Assembly: GCA_964386045.1 (NCBI GenBank)
Contig: CAYLRA010000010.1
Location: 8,809-72,808 of the forward strand
Origin: an uncultured Verrucomicrobiaceae bacterium
Lineage (GTDB): Bacteria > Pseudomonadota > Gammaproteobacteria > Pseudomonadales > CAMLJR01
Direction: 5' to 3'
DNA: 64,000 bases
Within the stretch, counting starts at the first letter, position 1; every line of letters begins with the position of its first letter. The translations under genes and the position numbers were made by a program. Under the pieces are notes generated by a model, which was not told the origin of the DNA, ran no database searches, and saw nothing but the letters and a program-made list of their open reading frames with translations. Shown here in pieces: positions 52,479 through 64,000 of this stretch.

Positions 52479-53806
52479 ATGCCGACGCCAACCTCCCTGT
52501 CGCAACGCCTTCTCTCTCCCTTCCGCCGCCATCCACGCCTCGCCTGGGGCGCCGTCGTCCTGCTGATCGCCGGCGCGGCCGCCGCGTTCTGGTTCAGCCA
52601 CAACAGCAGCGACAGCGAGCTGATCACCGTCCCGGTGCGCCGCGGCGACATCGAACAGAACGTCACCGCACTCGGCAACCTGCAGCCGTTCGACTACGTC
52701 GATGTCGGCGCCCAGGTGTCGGGCCAGCTGAAGGCGATCCACGTCGAGATCGGCGACCGGGTGCAACAGGGCGACCTGCTGGCCGAGATCGACGCGCGCC
52801 TGCAGCAGGCCAAGGTCGACTCGGTGCAGGCGCAGCTGCAGGCGCAACAGGCGCAGCTGGCCGAGCGCGAGGCGCAGCTGCAGCTGGCGCGCGCGCAGTT
52901 CCAGCGCCAGTCCAACCTGATGAAGGAGAACGCCACCAGCGAGGACACCTGGCAGGTGGCCAAATCGGGCCTGGCCTCCGCCGAGGCGCAGCTGAGCGCG
53001 ATCAAGGCGCAGATCAGGCAGACCGAATCGAGCCTCGACGCCGAGCAGACCTCGCTCGGCTACACCCGCATCTACGCGCCGAAGTCCGGCACCGTGGTGT
53101 CGCTGGATGCGCGCGAAGGGCAGACGCTGAACGCCAACCAGACCACGCCGCTGGTGCTGCGCATCGCCGACCTCTCCCGGATGACGGTGTGGACACAGGT
53201 CTCCGAGGCCGATGTGGAGAAACTCCAGCCCGGCATGGAGAGCTACTTCACCACCCTCGGCAACCCGGACCGGCGCTGGCGCGGCACGCTGCGGCAGATC
53301 CTGCCGACGCCGGAGGTGCTCAACAACGTGGTGCTCTACACCGCGCTGTTCGAAGTCGACAACCCCAACGACGAGCTGAAGACGCAGATGACGGCGCAGG
53401 TGTTCTTCGTCACCGCCGCCGCCCGCGACGCGGTGATCGTGCCGGTATCGGCGCTGCAGCCCGCGGGTGCGCCAGGGCCGCGCGAACCGAACGGTGCCGG
53501 CCGGGCAGAGGCGACCGCCGGGCCGAAGGGCACCGCTGCGCGCGGCCAGTCGCGCGAACCGCATGACGGCGAGCCGGACAGGCAGCGCGGCGCGGGCGCG
53601 CGCCACGGCGTCGAGGTGATCGACGCCGAGGGTCGGCGCGAGCTGCGCCGGGTTCGCGTCGGCGTCTCCAATCGCGTCGATGCCGAGATCATCGACGGCC
53701 TGAACGAGGGCGAGACCGTGATCGCCGGCGTGCGCAAGGTCGAGGCGCAACGGGCGCAGAACGCGCCGCAGGTGCGCCCGGGTGGCGGCGGCCTGCGGGG
53801 GTTCCG

Positions 53807-53810
<4 letters not shown>
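52479..53810 (+). CDS. macA: MacA-type membrane-fusion protein
   Basis: [55 protein letters not shown], long coiled-coil hairpin, [15 protein letters not shown]. Carries a Pro/Gly/Arg-rich insertion near the C-terminus. Confidence 0.85.
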
Positions 53811-55783
<1,973 letters not shown>

Positions 55784-55839
55784 CGGCCGTGCGCAGACAT
55801 CCCGCATCGAATCCAACACGACATTTCCGGAACCGTTTC

Positions 55840-57243
55840 ATGCCAGCTCCGACCGCCCCGCTGACCACCACTCTGCTCGTCACTCTGCTCGCGACCCCGC
55901 TGCTCACCGGCTGCGCCGTCGACCCCGCCTCGCGCGACGTGCCGATCCCCGCCACCTGGGAGATCGCCGCCGCCGACACGCGCTGGCCCGACCCCGATTG
56001 GTGGCGCCAGCTCGGCAGCACCGAACTGGACGCGCTGATCACCGAGGCGCAGCGCGCCAACCTCGATCTCGCCGCCGCCAGCTCGCGCGTGCTGCAGGCC
56101 GAACTGCAGGCGCGCAACGCCGGCAGCGCGCTGCTGCCCTCGGTCTCGCTGTCGGCGCGCGGCGGTCGCAGCGGTGAGCTGGGCGACAGCGGCAGCGCCA
56201 GCTACGGCGCCGACCTCGGCGCCAGCTACGAGATCGACCTGTGGGGCCAGAACCGCTTCAACCGCGACGCCGCCGTCGCCAGCTTCGAGGCCAGTCGCTT
56301 CAATCGCGACACGGCGGCACTGACGGTGACGGTGGGCGTGGTCAACGGCTACCTGCAGGTGCTGTCGCTGCGCGAGCGCCTCGCCATCGCCCGCGAAAAC
56401 CTCGCCAACGCCGAGCGCGTGCTGGCGCTGGTCGAGGCGCGCACCCGCCACGGCGCCGCCGGCCAGCTGGAGCTGTCGCAGCAGCGCTCGGTGGTACTCG
56501 GCCAGCGCGCCGCGCTGCCGCCGCTGGAGCAGCAGGAGCGCGAGGCGCGCAGCGCGCTGGCGCTGCTGCTCGGCCGCGCGCCGCAGGGGTTCGAAGTGGC
56601 CGGCACCCGGCTCGGCGAAGTGGGGACGCTGCCGCCGCTGTCGGGGCTGCCGTCGGAGCTGCTGCTGCGCCGCCCCGACGTGCGCGCCGCCGAGGCGCAG
56701 CTGACCGGTGCCGACGCCAACCTCAGCGCCGCCCGCGCCGCGCTGTTCCCCAGCCTCTCCCTCGGCGCCGGTCTCGGTGTCGCCAGCGGCTCGCTGTCGA
56801 CGCTGTTCGACAACGACCCGCGCTACAGCATCAGCGCCGGCCTGGCGCAGGTGATCTTCGACGGCGGCCGCCTGCGCAACCAGCGCGGGATCGCCGACGC
56901 GCGCCGCGACGAGCTGCTGGCCGGCTATCGCAGCGCCGTCATCAGCGCCTTCGCCGACACCGAGAACGCACTGGGCGCGGCCGCCAGCCTCGACCGCCAG
57001 GTGGTGCTGCAGACCGAACTGCTGACCGAGGCCCAGCTGACCTTCCGGCTGGCGGAGGCGCGCTACCGCGCCGGTGCCATCGACCTGATGACGCTGCTCG
57101 ACGCCCAGCGCTCGCTGTTCAACGCACAGGACCAGACGCGCCAGGTGCGGCTCTCGCACCTGCAGGCGCAGATCGGCCTCTACCGTGCCCTCGGTGGCGG
57201 CTGGCAGCTGGCGGCAGCGCAAGAAGAACCCGCCGCCGGCTGA
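55840..57243 (+). CDS. NodT-family efflux outer-membrane lipoprotein
   Basis: Lipobox LLTGC, then PDPDWWRQLGSTELDALITEAQRANLDLAAA and two OEP repeats. Internal Met of ORF 55171-57243 (the upstream part overlaps macB out of frame). Confidence 0.85.
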   Translation: MPAPTAPLTTTLLVTLLATPLLTGCAVDPASRDVPIPATWEIAAADTRWPDPDWWRQLGSTELDALITEAQRANLDLAAASSRVLQAELQARNAGSALLPSVSLSARGGRSGELGDSGSASYGADLGASYEIDLWGQNRFNRDAAVASFEASRFNRDTAALTVTVGVVNGYLQVLSLRERLAIARENLANAERVLALVEARTRHGAAGQLELSQQRSVVLGQRAALPPLEQQEREARSALALLLGRAPQGFEVAGTRLGEVGTLPPLSGLPSELLLRRPDVRAAEAQLTGADANLSAARAALFPSLSLGAGLGVASGSLSTLFDNDPRYSISAGLAQVIFDGGRLRNQRGIADARRDELLAGYRSAVISAFADTENALGAAASLDRQVVLQTELLTEAQLTFRLAEARYRAGAIDLMTLLDAQRSLFNAQDQTRQVRLSHLQAQIGLYRALGGGWQLAAAQEEPAAG

Positions 57244-57307
57244 CCGTTGGCGGCCCCCAGACCCTGCTGCATACTGCTGCGCCTCATTCCGACCGAGGCG
57301 ATCCCCG

Positions 57308-59065
57308 ATGCCCCGCGCTACATCGCCACGCACAGTCTCGCGGCCCGTTCCGGTTCCGCGGCTGCTGCTGTGCCTGCTGTTGCTGCTCGCCGTCCCGTCG
57401 CTGCTGGCACAGGGCGAAACGCGCGCGCCAGCCGCGCCGGCGACGGCCGCTGCCGCCGAAGTCGTGATCAAGCCGGAGCTGCAGGAGCGGCTGCGCAGCG
57501 CCATCGACAGCATCGAGCGCCGCCAGCGCGAGCTGACCGAGTTGCGCAAACTGCGCACGAAGGAGCCGAGCCCCGATCTGGACCGGGAGATCGAACAGCT
57601 CGGCAAGCAGATCGCCGACCTGCGCCAGCAGTTCGTCGGGCTGGCCACCAACGACTTCACGCTGCTGCAGTCCGGCGCGGCGGCGAGCCAGGGCATCAAC
57701 TGGCAGGAAGAGCTGATCCAGGTGATCTACCCGCTGCTGCGCGAGCTGAACGCGCTGACGGCGAAACCGCGCCAGGTCGAAAAGCTGAAACTGGAGATCG
57801 ACCGGCTGCGCAGCGAGAGCGCGGTGCTGGCCGCCGCGTCGACCCAGCTGGAAACCACTCTGACCAACACGCGCGACAGCACGGTGCGGCGCTCGCTGAC
57901 CGCCCTGCAGCAGGAGCTGCGCGAGCGCGGCATCGACAACGAGCAGAAGCTGGCCACGCTGCAGTACCAGCTGGACGAACTGGAGCGCGACACCAAACCG
58001 CTGCTGACCTCGATACTGAGCGGCGCGCGCAGCTTCGTCACCAACATCGGCCTGCATCTGGGACTGGCGATCGGCCTCGGCGCGGTCGGCTTCTCGCTGG
58101 TCCAGCTGATCGGTCGCATGGCGCTGCGCGTCGCGCGCGGCAAGCGCGAGGAGCGCGCCGGATCGCTCGGCGGGCTGCTGACCTTCACCATCAAGATCAC
58201 CAGCTGGCTGACCGCGCTGTTCGTCTACCTGATGGTGCTCTACGCGCTCGACTCGTGGGTGATCCTCGGCCTCACCGTCATCGTGCTGCTGGCCGCCATC
58301 TTCGGCCTGAAGGATGTGCTGCCTGACTATCTGGTCGAGATCCGCACGCTGCTCGACTTCGGCTCGATCCGCCAGGGCGAACGGCTCGCCTTCAAGGGAC
58401 TGACCTGGCGCATCGCCGATCTCGACGTCTACACCACGCTGCACAACCCGGCGCTGGACGGCCTGCTGCGCGTGCCGCTGACGCAGATCTCGCGGCTCAG
58501 CTCGCGCCCCTACCACAAGGAAGAGCCGTGGTTCCCGTGCCAGACCGGCGACTGGGTGCTGATGAGCGACGGCGCCTACGGTCAGGTCAGGATGCAGACG
58601 CCCGACATCGTCCAGCTCAACTTCGGCGAGTCGACGATCAACTACCTCACCGAGAACTTCCTCGATGCGCGCCCGCAGAACCTGAGCAGCGGCTTCCTCG
58701 CCATCACCACCTTCCGCCTCGACTACCGGCACCAGCGCGAAGCGACCACCACCATCCCCGAGCAGCTGCTCGCCGACCTCGAACGGCGGATGGCCGCACA
58801 GGAGGAGTTCGGCCACCTCTGCACCGAGATCAGCGTCGAGTTCGCCGGCGTCGGCACTTCGTCGCTGGACTACCGCATCCTCGCCAGCTTCACCGGCGCG
58901 GCGGCGGACCGCTACTACCGCATCCAGCGCTGGCTGCAGCGCAGCGCCGTCGACAGCGCCAACGACCGCGGCTGGACCGTTCCGCATCAGCAGGTCGCCG
59001 TGCGGCGGACACCGTCACCCGCTGCGGCGACGGTTCCCGCCGCCACGCCCGACGACGATGGCTGA
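57308..59065 (+). CDS. MscS-family mechanosensitive channel-like protein with a long N-terminal periplasmic coiled coil
   Basis: Signal peptide, ~230 aa of heptad-rich sequence, several TM helices, then an MscS-type beta domain IRQGERLAFKGLTWRIADLDVYTTLHNPALDGLLRVPLTQI. Internal Met of ORF 57185-59065. Confidence 0.6.
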   Translation: MPRATSPRTVSRPVPVPRLLLCLLLLLAVPSLLAQGETRAPAAPATAAAAEVVIKPELQERLRSAIDSIERRQRELTELRKLRTKEPSPDLDREIEQLGKQIADLRQQFVGLATNDFTLLQSGAAASQGINWQEELIQVIYPLLRELNALTAKPRQVEKLKLEIDRLRSESAVLAAASTQLETTLTNTRDSTVRRSLTALQQELRERGIDNEQKLATLQYQLDELERDTKPLLTSILSGARSFVTNIGLHLGLAIGLGAVGFSLVQLIGRMALRVARGKREERAGSLGGLLTFTIKITSWLTALFVYLMVLYALDSWVILGLTVIVLLAAIFGLKDVLPDYLVEIRTLLDFGSIRQGERLAFKGLTWRIADLDVYTTLHNPALDGLLRVPLTQISRLSSRPYHKEEPWFPCQTGDWVLMSDGAYGQVRMQTPDIVQLNFGESTINYLTENFLDARPQNLSSGFLAITTFRLDYRHQREATTTIPEQLLADLERRMAAQEEFGHLCTEISVEFAGVGTSSLDYRILASFTGAAADRYYRIQRWLQRSAVDSANDRGWTVPHQQVAVRRTPSPAAATVPAATPDDDG

Positions 59066-59074
59066 GACGCGCGC

Positions 59075-59527
59075 ATGACGATCTGGGTCGATGCCGATGC
59101 CTGCCCGCGATTGCTGAAGGAGGTGCTCTACCGCACCGCGACACGACTGCAGTGTCAGCTGGTGCTGGTGGCGCACACGCCGCTGTCGGCGCCGGCCTCG
59201 GCGTGGATTCGCACGGTGCAGGTGGAGCGCGGTTTCGATGCCGCCGACCGCTACATCGCCGAGCGCGCCACGCACGGCGACCTGCTGATCACCAACGACA
59301 TCCCGCTGGCCGCCGATGTCATCGCCAACGGCGCCGGCGTCATCAACAGTCGCGGTGAGGAGTTGAATCGGGAAAACATCGGCGAGCGATTGCGCGTGCG
59401 CAACCTGATGGAGGAGCGGCGTGCCAGCGGCGAATTCAGCGGTGGGCCGCCGCCGCTCGACAATCGCGACAAGGCACAGTTCGCCAATGCGCTCGACCGC
59501 TGGCTGGCGCGCAATCGCATGCGCTGA
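59075..59527 (+). CDS. yaiI: YaiI/YqxD-family protein (UPF0178)
   Basis: MTIWVDADACPRLLKEVLYRTA...GDLLITNDIPLAADVIANGA is collinear with E. coli YaiI. Confidence 0.88.
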   Translation: MTIWVDADACPRLLKEVLYRTATRLQCQLVLVAHTPLSAPASAWIRTVQVERGFDAADRYIAERATHGDLLITNDIPLAADVIANGAGVINSRGEELNRENIGERLRVRNLMEERRASGEFSGGPPPLDNRDKAQFANALDRWLARNRMR

Positions 59528-59537
59528 GCGCGTCGGC

Positions 59538-59774
59538 TCAGCGCGTGGTGAACCAGTCGAGATCGATGTCGTCGGCGCCCGACAGTGGCAGCGCCACTCC
59601 CCGCTCGCGCATATGCATCACCAGCTCGACCTCCGCCTCGCGGCGACTGTCGAACGGGCCCAGCATGCAGCCCTCGCGCAGCGACACGAACCAGGCGCTG
59701 GCGGGGTTGCTGGTATGAATGAAGCGGTCCGTGCGGAACCTCGGGCGATCGAGCTCACCCTCTCGCGCTGCCAT
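59538..59774 (-). CDS. Small conserved hypothetical protein (DUF6316-like, tentative)
   Basis: RFRTDRFIHTSNPASAWFVSLREGCMLGPFDSRREAEVEL resembles a small family I recall from Pseudomonas-type genomes. The start could be at 59822. Confidence 0.45.
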   Translation of the reverse strand: MAAREGELDRPRFRTDRFIHTSNPASAWFVSLREGCMLGPFDSRREAEVELVMHMRERGVALPLSGADDIDLDWFTTR

Positions 59775-59946
59775 CTCCCCTCTCCACCGAAGTATTGCTC
59801 TCCGGAGCCAATTGACTGACACATCGTCAACCTGCGAGTCATGCTACACACCCATTGCAGCAGTGACTGTGGAGGAATGCCCAGTTTCTAGATCATTTCA
59901 TTGCAGCGCAATTGGATCGTTAGATAAGAGATCAGCGTAAAAATCG

Positions 59947-60792
59947 TCATCGGCCCGCTTCGATCACATCGACACGCCAGCTTGCCTGCCCTCGCGCCAC
60001 CCGTTCGATCAGCCACGGCAACAACTGCCGCAACTGCTCGGCGAGCTGCCACGGCGGGTTGATGACGTAGAGACCACTGCCGTAAAGCCCCGCCACCTCG
60101 CCCGGCGCCGCCACGCACAACTCGGCGCGCAGCGACGGCCCCAGCTTCAGCGCCGCCAGCTGCTGCGGCAGCCGCTTGGCGTCGGCCTGCTCGATCAGCG
60201 GATACCAGAGCAGGTAGACACCAGTGGCGAAGCGGCGGTGGGCATCGCGCAGCGCGGCGACCACCTGCTGGTAGTCGGACTTCACTTCGTAGGGGGGATC
60301 GATCAGCACCAGCGCGCGCCGCGACGGCGGCGGCAGCAGCGCCTTCAGGCCGGCAAAACCATCGTCCTTGCTCACCTGCACGCGGCGATCGCCGTCGAAC
60401 TGCCGGGCCAGCAGCGGATAGTCCTGCGGATGGCGCTCGAACAATCGCAGCCGGTCCTGCGGACGCAGGCAGTGCGCGGCAAAGAGTGGCGAGCCGGGAT
60501 AGAAACGCAACGCATCCTTCGTGCCGTTCAGCTCGGTGACGATGGCGAGGTAGTCGGCGAGCAGCGGATGTGGCTCGGGCTGCTGCCAGATGCGATCGAT
60601 GCCGTCGCGATACTCACCCGTTTTCTGCGCTTCGTCGCTGCCGAGCCGGTAACGACCGGCGCCGGCGTGGGTGTCGATGTAGTAGAGCGGTGCCTCTTTC
60701 TGCACCAGGTAGTGCAGTGCCAGCACCAGCGCACCGTGCTTGAGCAGATCGGCGTGGTTGCCGGCGTGGAAGGCGTGACGGTAGCTGAGCAT
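59947..60792 (-). CDS. rlmJ: 23S rRNA (adenine2030-N6)-methyltransferase
   Basis: MLSYRHAFHAGNHADLLKHGALVL...YIDTHAGAGRY...LIDPPYE...YLLWYP...VINPPW is collinear with E. coli RlmJ. Confidence 0.92.
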   Translation of the reverse strand: MLSYRHAFHAGNHADLLKHGALVLALHYLVQKEAPLYYIDTHAGAGRYRLGSDEAQKTGEYRDGIDRIWQQPEPHPLLADYLAIVTELNGTKDALRFYPGSPLFAAHCLRPQDRLRLFERHPQDYPLLARQFDGDRRVQVSKDDGFAGLKALLPPPSRRALVLIDPPYEVKSDYQQVVAALRDAHRRFATGVYLLWYPLIEQADAKRLPQQLAALKLGPSLRAELCVAAPGEVAGLYGSGLYVINPPWQLAEQLRQLLPWLIERVARGQASWRVDVIEAGR

Positions 60793-60989
60793 GGCGGGCA
60801 CTCTGGATCGGCGGCGGTTGTCGGCGGGCGGATGATACCGGCGCGCCGCGCAAACCTCGTCACAATTTCCACCGGCGATCGCGATGACTTTGCCATGGCA
60901 AAAGGAGTTCAGCGCCGATTCAGCTGCCCGGGACCAAGCTGCCGGCGAGCGTTGCGGAACTGGGCAACGAACCGGAAGGAGAGAAGATC

Positions 60990-61313
60990 ATGAACAAACT
61001 GGGTTTCGCCATCGTCATCGCCACTGCCCTGCTGCTCGGCAACCATGTTGCCGTGGCCGGCGACCGTCACCACCGTGATCACTACGGCCGCGACCACGGC
61101 GGCAAGCATCATCACAAGGGATACCACCACAAGAGCCCGAAGCACGCGCACCCTCACCACTACCACGGCCCGCGTTATGTCGTCCCACGCTACGTCGGTC
61201 CGCGCCCGGTCTACTACGCACCGGCGCCGGTCTACTACGGGCCGCCCCCGGTCTACTACCCGGCCCCCCGTTATGGCTCAGGGTTGAGCGGCACCATCTC
61301 CGTCCATTTCTGA
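60990..61313 (+). CDS. Small secreted His-rich / Pro-Tyr-rich protein
   Basis: RBS GGAAGGAGAG. Signal MNKLGFAIVIATALLLGNHVAVA. GDRHHRDHYGRDHGGKHHHKGYHHKSPKHAHPHHYHG, then PRYVVPRYVGPRPVYYAPAPVYYGPPPVYYPAPRY. Confidence 0.6.
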   Translation: MNKLGFAIVIATALLLGNHVAVAGDRHHRDHYGRDHGGKHHHKGYHHKSPKHAHPHHYHGPRYVVPRYVGPRPVYYAPAPVYYGPPPVYYPAPRYGSGLSGTISVHF

Positions 61314-61673
61314 TCCATCGCGTCGCAGCCGCGACGCCAGCCCGCTGCCCGCCAGTGCATTGGTCGCGCTGGCGGGCAGCCCCCGTTTCTGCGCCGCGGA
61401 CAACCGTTTGATCGCCGCCTCGCGCCGCAGCGCACCAGCGCGGTCGTGACCGACCTCCAGGTAGACCACCGCCCGCGGCTGGCGCGAACGAAAGTGACGG
61501 GCACCGCGCCCGCTCAGATGCTGCTGCCAACGCCGTTCGATATCGGTGGTAATGCCGGTGTAAAGCGACCCCTCGTCGCTGACGATCATGTAGACCACCC
61601 ACGCATTCCCCTCCGCCGCTACACCCACCGCCACCCCTCGACCGTCATTTGACCCACCTCGTTTCGCCGCCAT
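61278..61673 (-). CDS. GIY-YIG nuclease-superfamily protein (UPF0213/YhbQ-like)
   Basis: WVVYMIVSDEGSLYTGITTDIERRWQQHLSG...EVGHDRAGALRREAAIKRL. Internal Met of ORF 61278-61877. The 3' end overlaps the convergent gene by 36 bp. Confidence 0.72.
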   Translation of the reverse strand: MAAKRGGSNDGRGVAVGVAAEGNAWVVYMIVSDEGSLYTGITTDIERRWQQHLSGRGARHFRSRQPRAVVYLEVGHDRAGALRREAAIKRLSAAQKRGLPASATNALAGSGLASRLRRDGSEMDGDGAAQP

Positions 61674-61752
61674 TGTCGTCTCCGGGGCCGGCAGCGGACA
61701 GCATCCGCATGCTAAAATTCGCGCCCTTTTTTCCCGGCACACTCCCCCCTCC

Positions 61753-64000
61753 ATGAGTTTCATCATTGGCCAACGCTGGCTCAGCCACGCCGACCCGCAG
61801 CTCGGGCTCGGCATCATCACCGACGCCGACCCGCGCCGTGTCACCGTCATGTTCCCCGCCGTCGAGGAGGAGCGCACCTACGCGGTGGCCAACGCGCCGC
61901 TGTCGCGCATCACCTTCCGCGAGGGCGACACCGTGCGCCTGCACGACGGCAGCGCGCTGCAGGTGATCGCCGTCGCCGAGCAGCGCGGCCTGCTGCTCTA
62001 CACCGGCCTCAACAACGATGGTGGCGAGCAGACGGTCGGCGAGCCGCAGCTCGGCGCACAGGTACAGCTGACCACCCCGCAACAGCGCCTCGGCTCCGGC
62101 CAGGTCGACCCGCTCGCCGCCTTCCAGCTGCGCGTCGCCACGCTGAACCAGCTCGACCGGCTGCAGCGCGCACCGGTGGCCGGCCTGCTGGGCGCACGGC
62201 TGGCGCTGCTGCCGCACCAGATCCATGTCGCCAGCGAAGTGTCGAATCGCTTCGCGCCGCGCGTGCTGCTGGCCGACGAGGTCGGCCTCGGCAAAACCAT
62301 CGAGGCCGGCCTGATCCTGCACCGGCAGTTGCACACCGGCCTCGCCTCGCGCGCGCTGATCGTGGTGCCGGAACCGCTGCTGCACCAGTGGCTGGTGGAG
62401 ATGCTGCGCCGTTTCAACATCGCCTTCGCGCTGTTCGACGAGGCGCGCTTTCGCAGCCTGAAAGATGAAGGCATCGACAATCCGTTCGAGACCGAACAAC
62501 GCGTGCTGTGCAGCCTCGACTGGCTGCTCGGCAACAGCGACGCGCAGCAGTGCGCCGTCGACGCCGGCTGGGACCTGCTCGTCGTCGACGAGGCGCACCA
62601 CCTGCACTGGAAGGAGAGCGGCGCCAGCGCCGACTATCTGTGCGTCGAACAACTCGCCACCGCCAGTGCCGGTGTGCTGCTGCTGACCGCAACGCCGGAG
62701 CAGGCCGGTCTCGACAGCCACTTCGCGCGGCTGCGCCTGCTCGACCCGGCGCGCTTCCACGATATCAACGCCTTCCGCGACGAAATGACCCGCTACGCCG
62801 CGGTCAACGACACCGCGCAGCAGCTGCTGGCCGAAATTCCTGACGATGCCATCGTGGCGCGCGTGCGCGACGAACTCGGCCTCGCCGACGACGCCGGTCG
62901 CGACGCCATCCTGCGCGCGCTGCTCGATCGCCACGGCACCGGCCGCGTGCTGTTCCGCAACACGCGCGCGGCGGTGGCCGGCTTTCCCGAGCGCCACCTG
63001 CACCCGCATCCGCTGCCGCTGCCGTCGCTCTATGACGCCACCGAACTGCATCCCGAACGCGGTATCAAGGAGGAGCTGTGGCTGCGCGAAGACCCGCGCG
63101 TCAGCTGGATCGAGGCCCTGCTGAAAAAGCTGAAACCGGCCAAGGTACTGGTGATCTGCGCCGACACCGACACCGCACTGGCGCTGGAGCATCAGCTGCA
63201 CCTGCGCGCCGGTATCCGCTGCGCGGCCTTCCATGAGGGATTGACGCTGCTGGAGCGCGACCGCGCCGCCGCCTGGTTCGCCGAACAGGAGCTCGGTGCA
63301 CAGGCGCTGATCTGCTCCGAGATCGGCAGCGAGGGGCGCAACTTCCAGTTCGCCTCGCACCTGGTGCTGTTCGACCTGCCGCTCAATCCCGACCTGCTCG
63401 AACAGCGCATCGGCCGCCTCGACCGCATCGGCCAGGGGCCGCGCATCGACATCCACGCGCCGTTCTTCGAAGGCAGCGCACAGCAGGTGCTGTTCCGCTG
63501 GTACGACGAGGGGCTCGACCTGTTCCGCCGCACCTTCGCTGCCGGCTTCGCGCTGTTCGAGATGTTCGAAACCGAGCTGCGCGACCATCTCGCCGCGCCG
63601 GAAAAACCGCTCGACGCACTGCTCACCGCCACCCGCCAGCGCTGCGACGAGACGCGGCTGGCGCTGGCCGAGGGGCGCGATGCGCTGCTCGAACTCGGCT
63701 CGTGCGACCGCCCGCGCGCCGAGGCGCTGATCGAACAGATCGAAGACGAGGAGCAGGGCGAGGCGCTGCAGCGCTACATGGGCCAGCTGTGGGACTACTT
63801 CGGCATCGACCGCGAAGAGCTGACGCCGACCAGCCTGGTGGTGCGCCCGTCGGACCACATGCTGCTCCCCGACTTCCCCGAGCTGCCGGAAGATGGCACC
63901 TCGGTCTCGTTCGCGCGCGACGAAGCACTGGTGCGCGAAGACCTGTCGTTCCTCAGCTGGGAACACCCGCTGGTGACGGCGGCGATGGACCTCGTCGCCC
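61753..64000 (+). CDS. rapA: RNA polymerase-associated SNF2-family ATPase RapA/HepA (5' part; continues past the right edge)
   Basis: Absent from the ORF track (open-ended). My translation from ATG 61753 gives MSFIIGQRWLSHADPQLGLGIITDADPRRVTVMFPAVEEERTYAVANAPLSRITF, which parallels E. coli RapA [22 protein letters not shown]... The DEAHHL box is encoded at about 62590-62607. Confidence 0.9.
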   Translation, partial: MSFIIGQRWLSHADPQLGLGIITDADPRRVTVMFPAVEEERTYAVANAPLSRITFREGDTVRLHDGSALQVIAVAEQRGLLLYTGLNNDGGEQTVGEPQLGAQVQLTTPQQRLGSGQVDPLAAFQLRVATLNQLDRLQRAPVAGLLGARLALLPHQIHVASEVSNRFAPRVLLADEVGLGKTIEAGLILHRQLHTGLASRALIVVPEPLLHQWLVEMLRRFNIAFALFDEARFRSLKDEGIDNPFETEQRVLCSLDWLLGNSDAQQCAVDAGWDLLVVDEAHHLHWKESGASADYLCVEQLATASAGVLLLTATPEQAGLDSHFARLRLLDPARFHDINAFRDEMTRYAAVNDTAQQLLAEIPDDAIVARVRDELGLADDAGRDAILRALLDRHGTGRVLFRNTRAAVAGFPERHLHPHPLPLPSLYDATELHPERGIKEELWLREDPRVSWIEALLKKLKPAKVLVICADTDTALALEHQLHLRAGIRCAAFHEGLTLLERDRAAAWFAEQELGAQALICSEIGSEGRNFQFASHLVLFDLPLNPDLLEQRIGRLDRIGQGPRIDIHAPFFEGSAQQVLFRWYDEGLDLFRRTFAAGFALFEMFETELRDHLAAPEKPLDALLTATRQRCDETRLALAEGRDALLELGSCDRPRAEALIEQIEDEEQGEALQRYMGQLWDYFGIDREELTPTSLVVRPSDHMLLPDFPELPEDGTSVSFARDEALVREDLSFLSWEHPLVTAAMDLVA

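Overview
This is a chromosomal window from a visibly GC-rich proteobacterium (roughly two-thirds G+C by eye, not computed). No rRNA, CRISPR array, integrase, transposase or phage structural gene was seen.

**Core backbone, 1-10.3 kb.** The order is prmC-prfA-hemA (minus strand), then TPR lipoprotein-lolB-ispE-tRNA-Gln-prs-rplY-pth-ychF (plus strand). This matches the synteny known from Pseudomonas-like Gammaproteobacteria.

**Accessory islets.**
- Immediately after ychF there is an AbiEi/AbiEii abortive-infection/type IV TA pair, followed by a stand-alone 701-aa WD40 beta-propeller gene behind an AT-rich spacer (10.3-14.5 kb).
- After marC, eamA and tRNA-Met there is a second islet (16.3-18.6 kb). 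It contains a near-consensus promoter, a ~120-nt multi-hairpin RNA, an intrinsic terminator and an orphan PemK/MazF-fold gene. This unit is convergent with an unrecognisable 448-aa protein.

**Remainder of the window (functional clusters).**
- PhoX / VPLPA-CTERM protein / GDPD phosphate-scavenging genes.
- tatABC.
- A VOC protein and a class D (OXA-like) beta-lactamase.
- A nine-gene, single-strand sulfur cluster: porin-sbp-serine hydrolase-cysTWA-cysB-like-periplasmic rhodanese-yeeE.
- A J-domain protein, chrA, and an orphan higA with a higB stump.
- czcCBA with a Cys/His-rich small protein, a 2OG oxygenase and an OmpR/HK pair.
- deaD and ppnP.
- An envelope-stress cluster: baeSR, DUF4124, Spy/CpxP-like, macAB-NodT, MscS-like.
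- yaiI, rlmJ, a His/Pro/Tyr-rich secreted peptide, a GIY-YIG protein and the 5' part of rapA.

Two copies of a nested-palindromic REP/MITE-like element are present. One splits prfA from prmC.

**Best candidates for something undescribed.** These are the promoter-structured RNA-terminator-orphan MazF-fold unit next to tRNA-Met, its convergent 448-aa neighbour, and the stand-alone WD40 protein next to AbiE. All functional calls rest on my recognition of motifs and family hallmarks in the translations. No database search was run.
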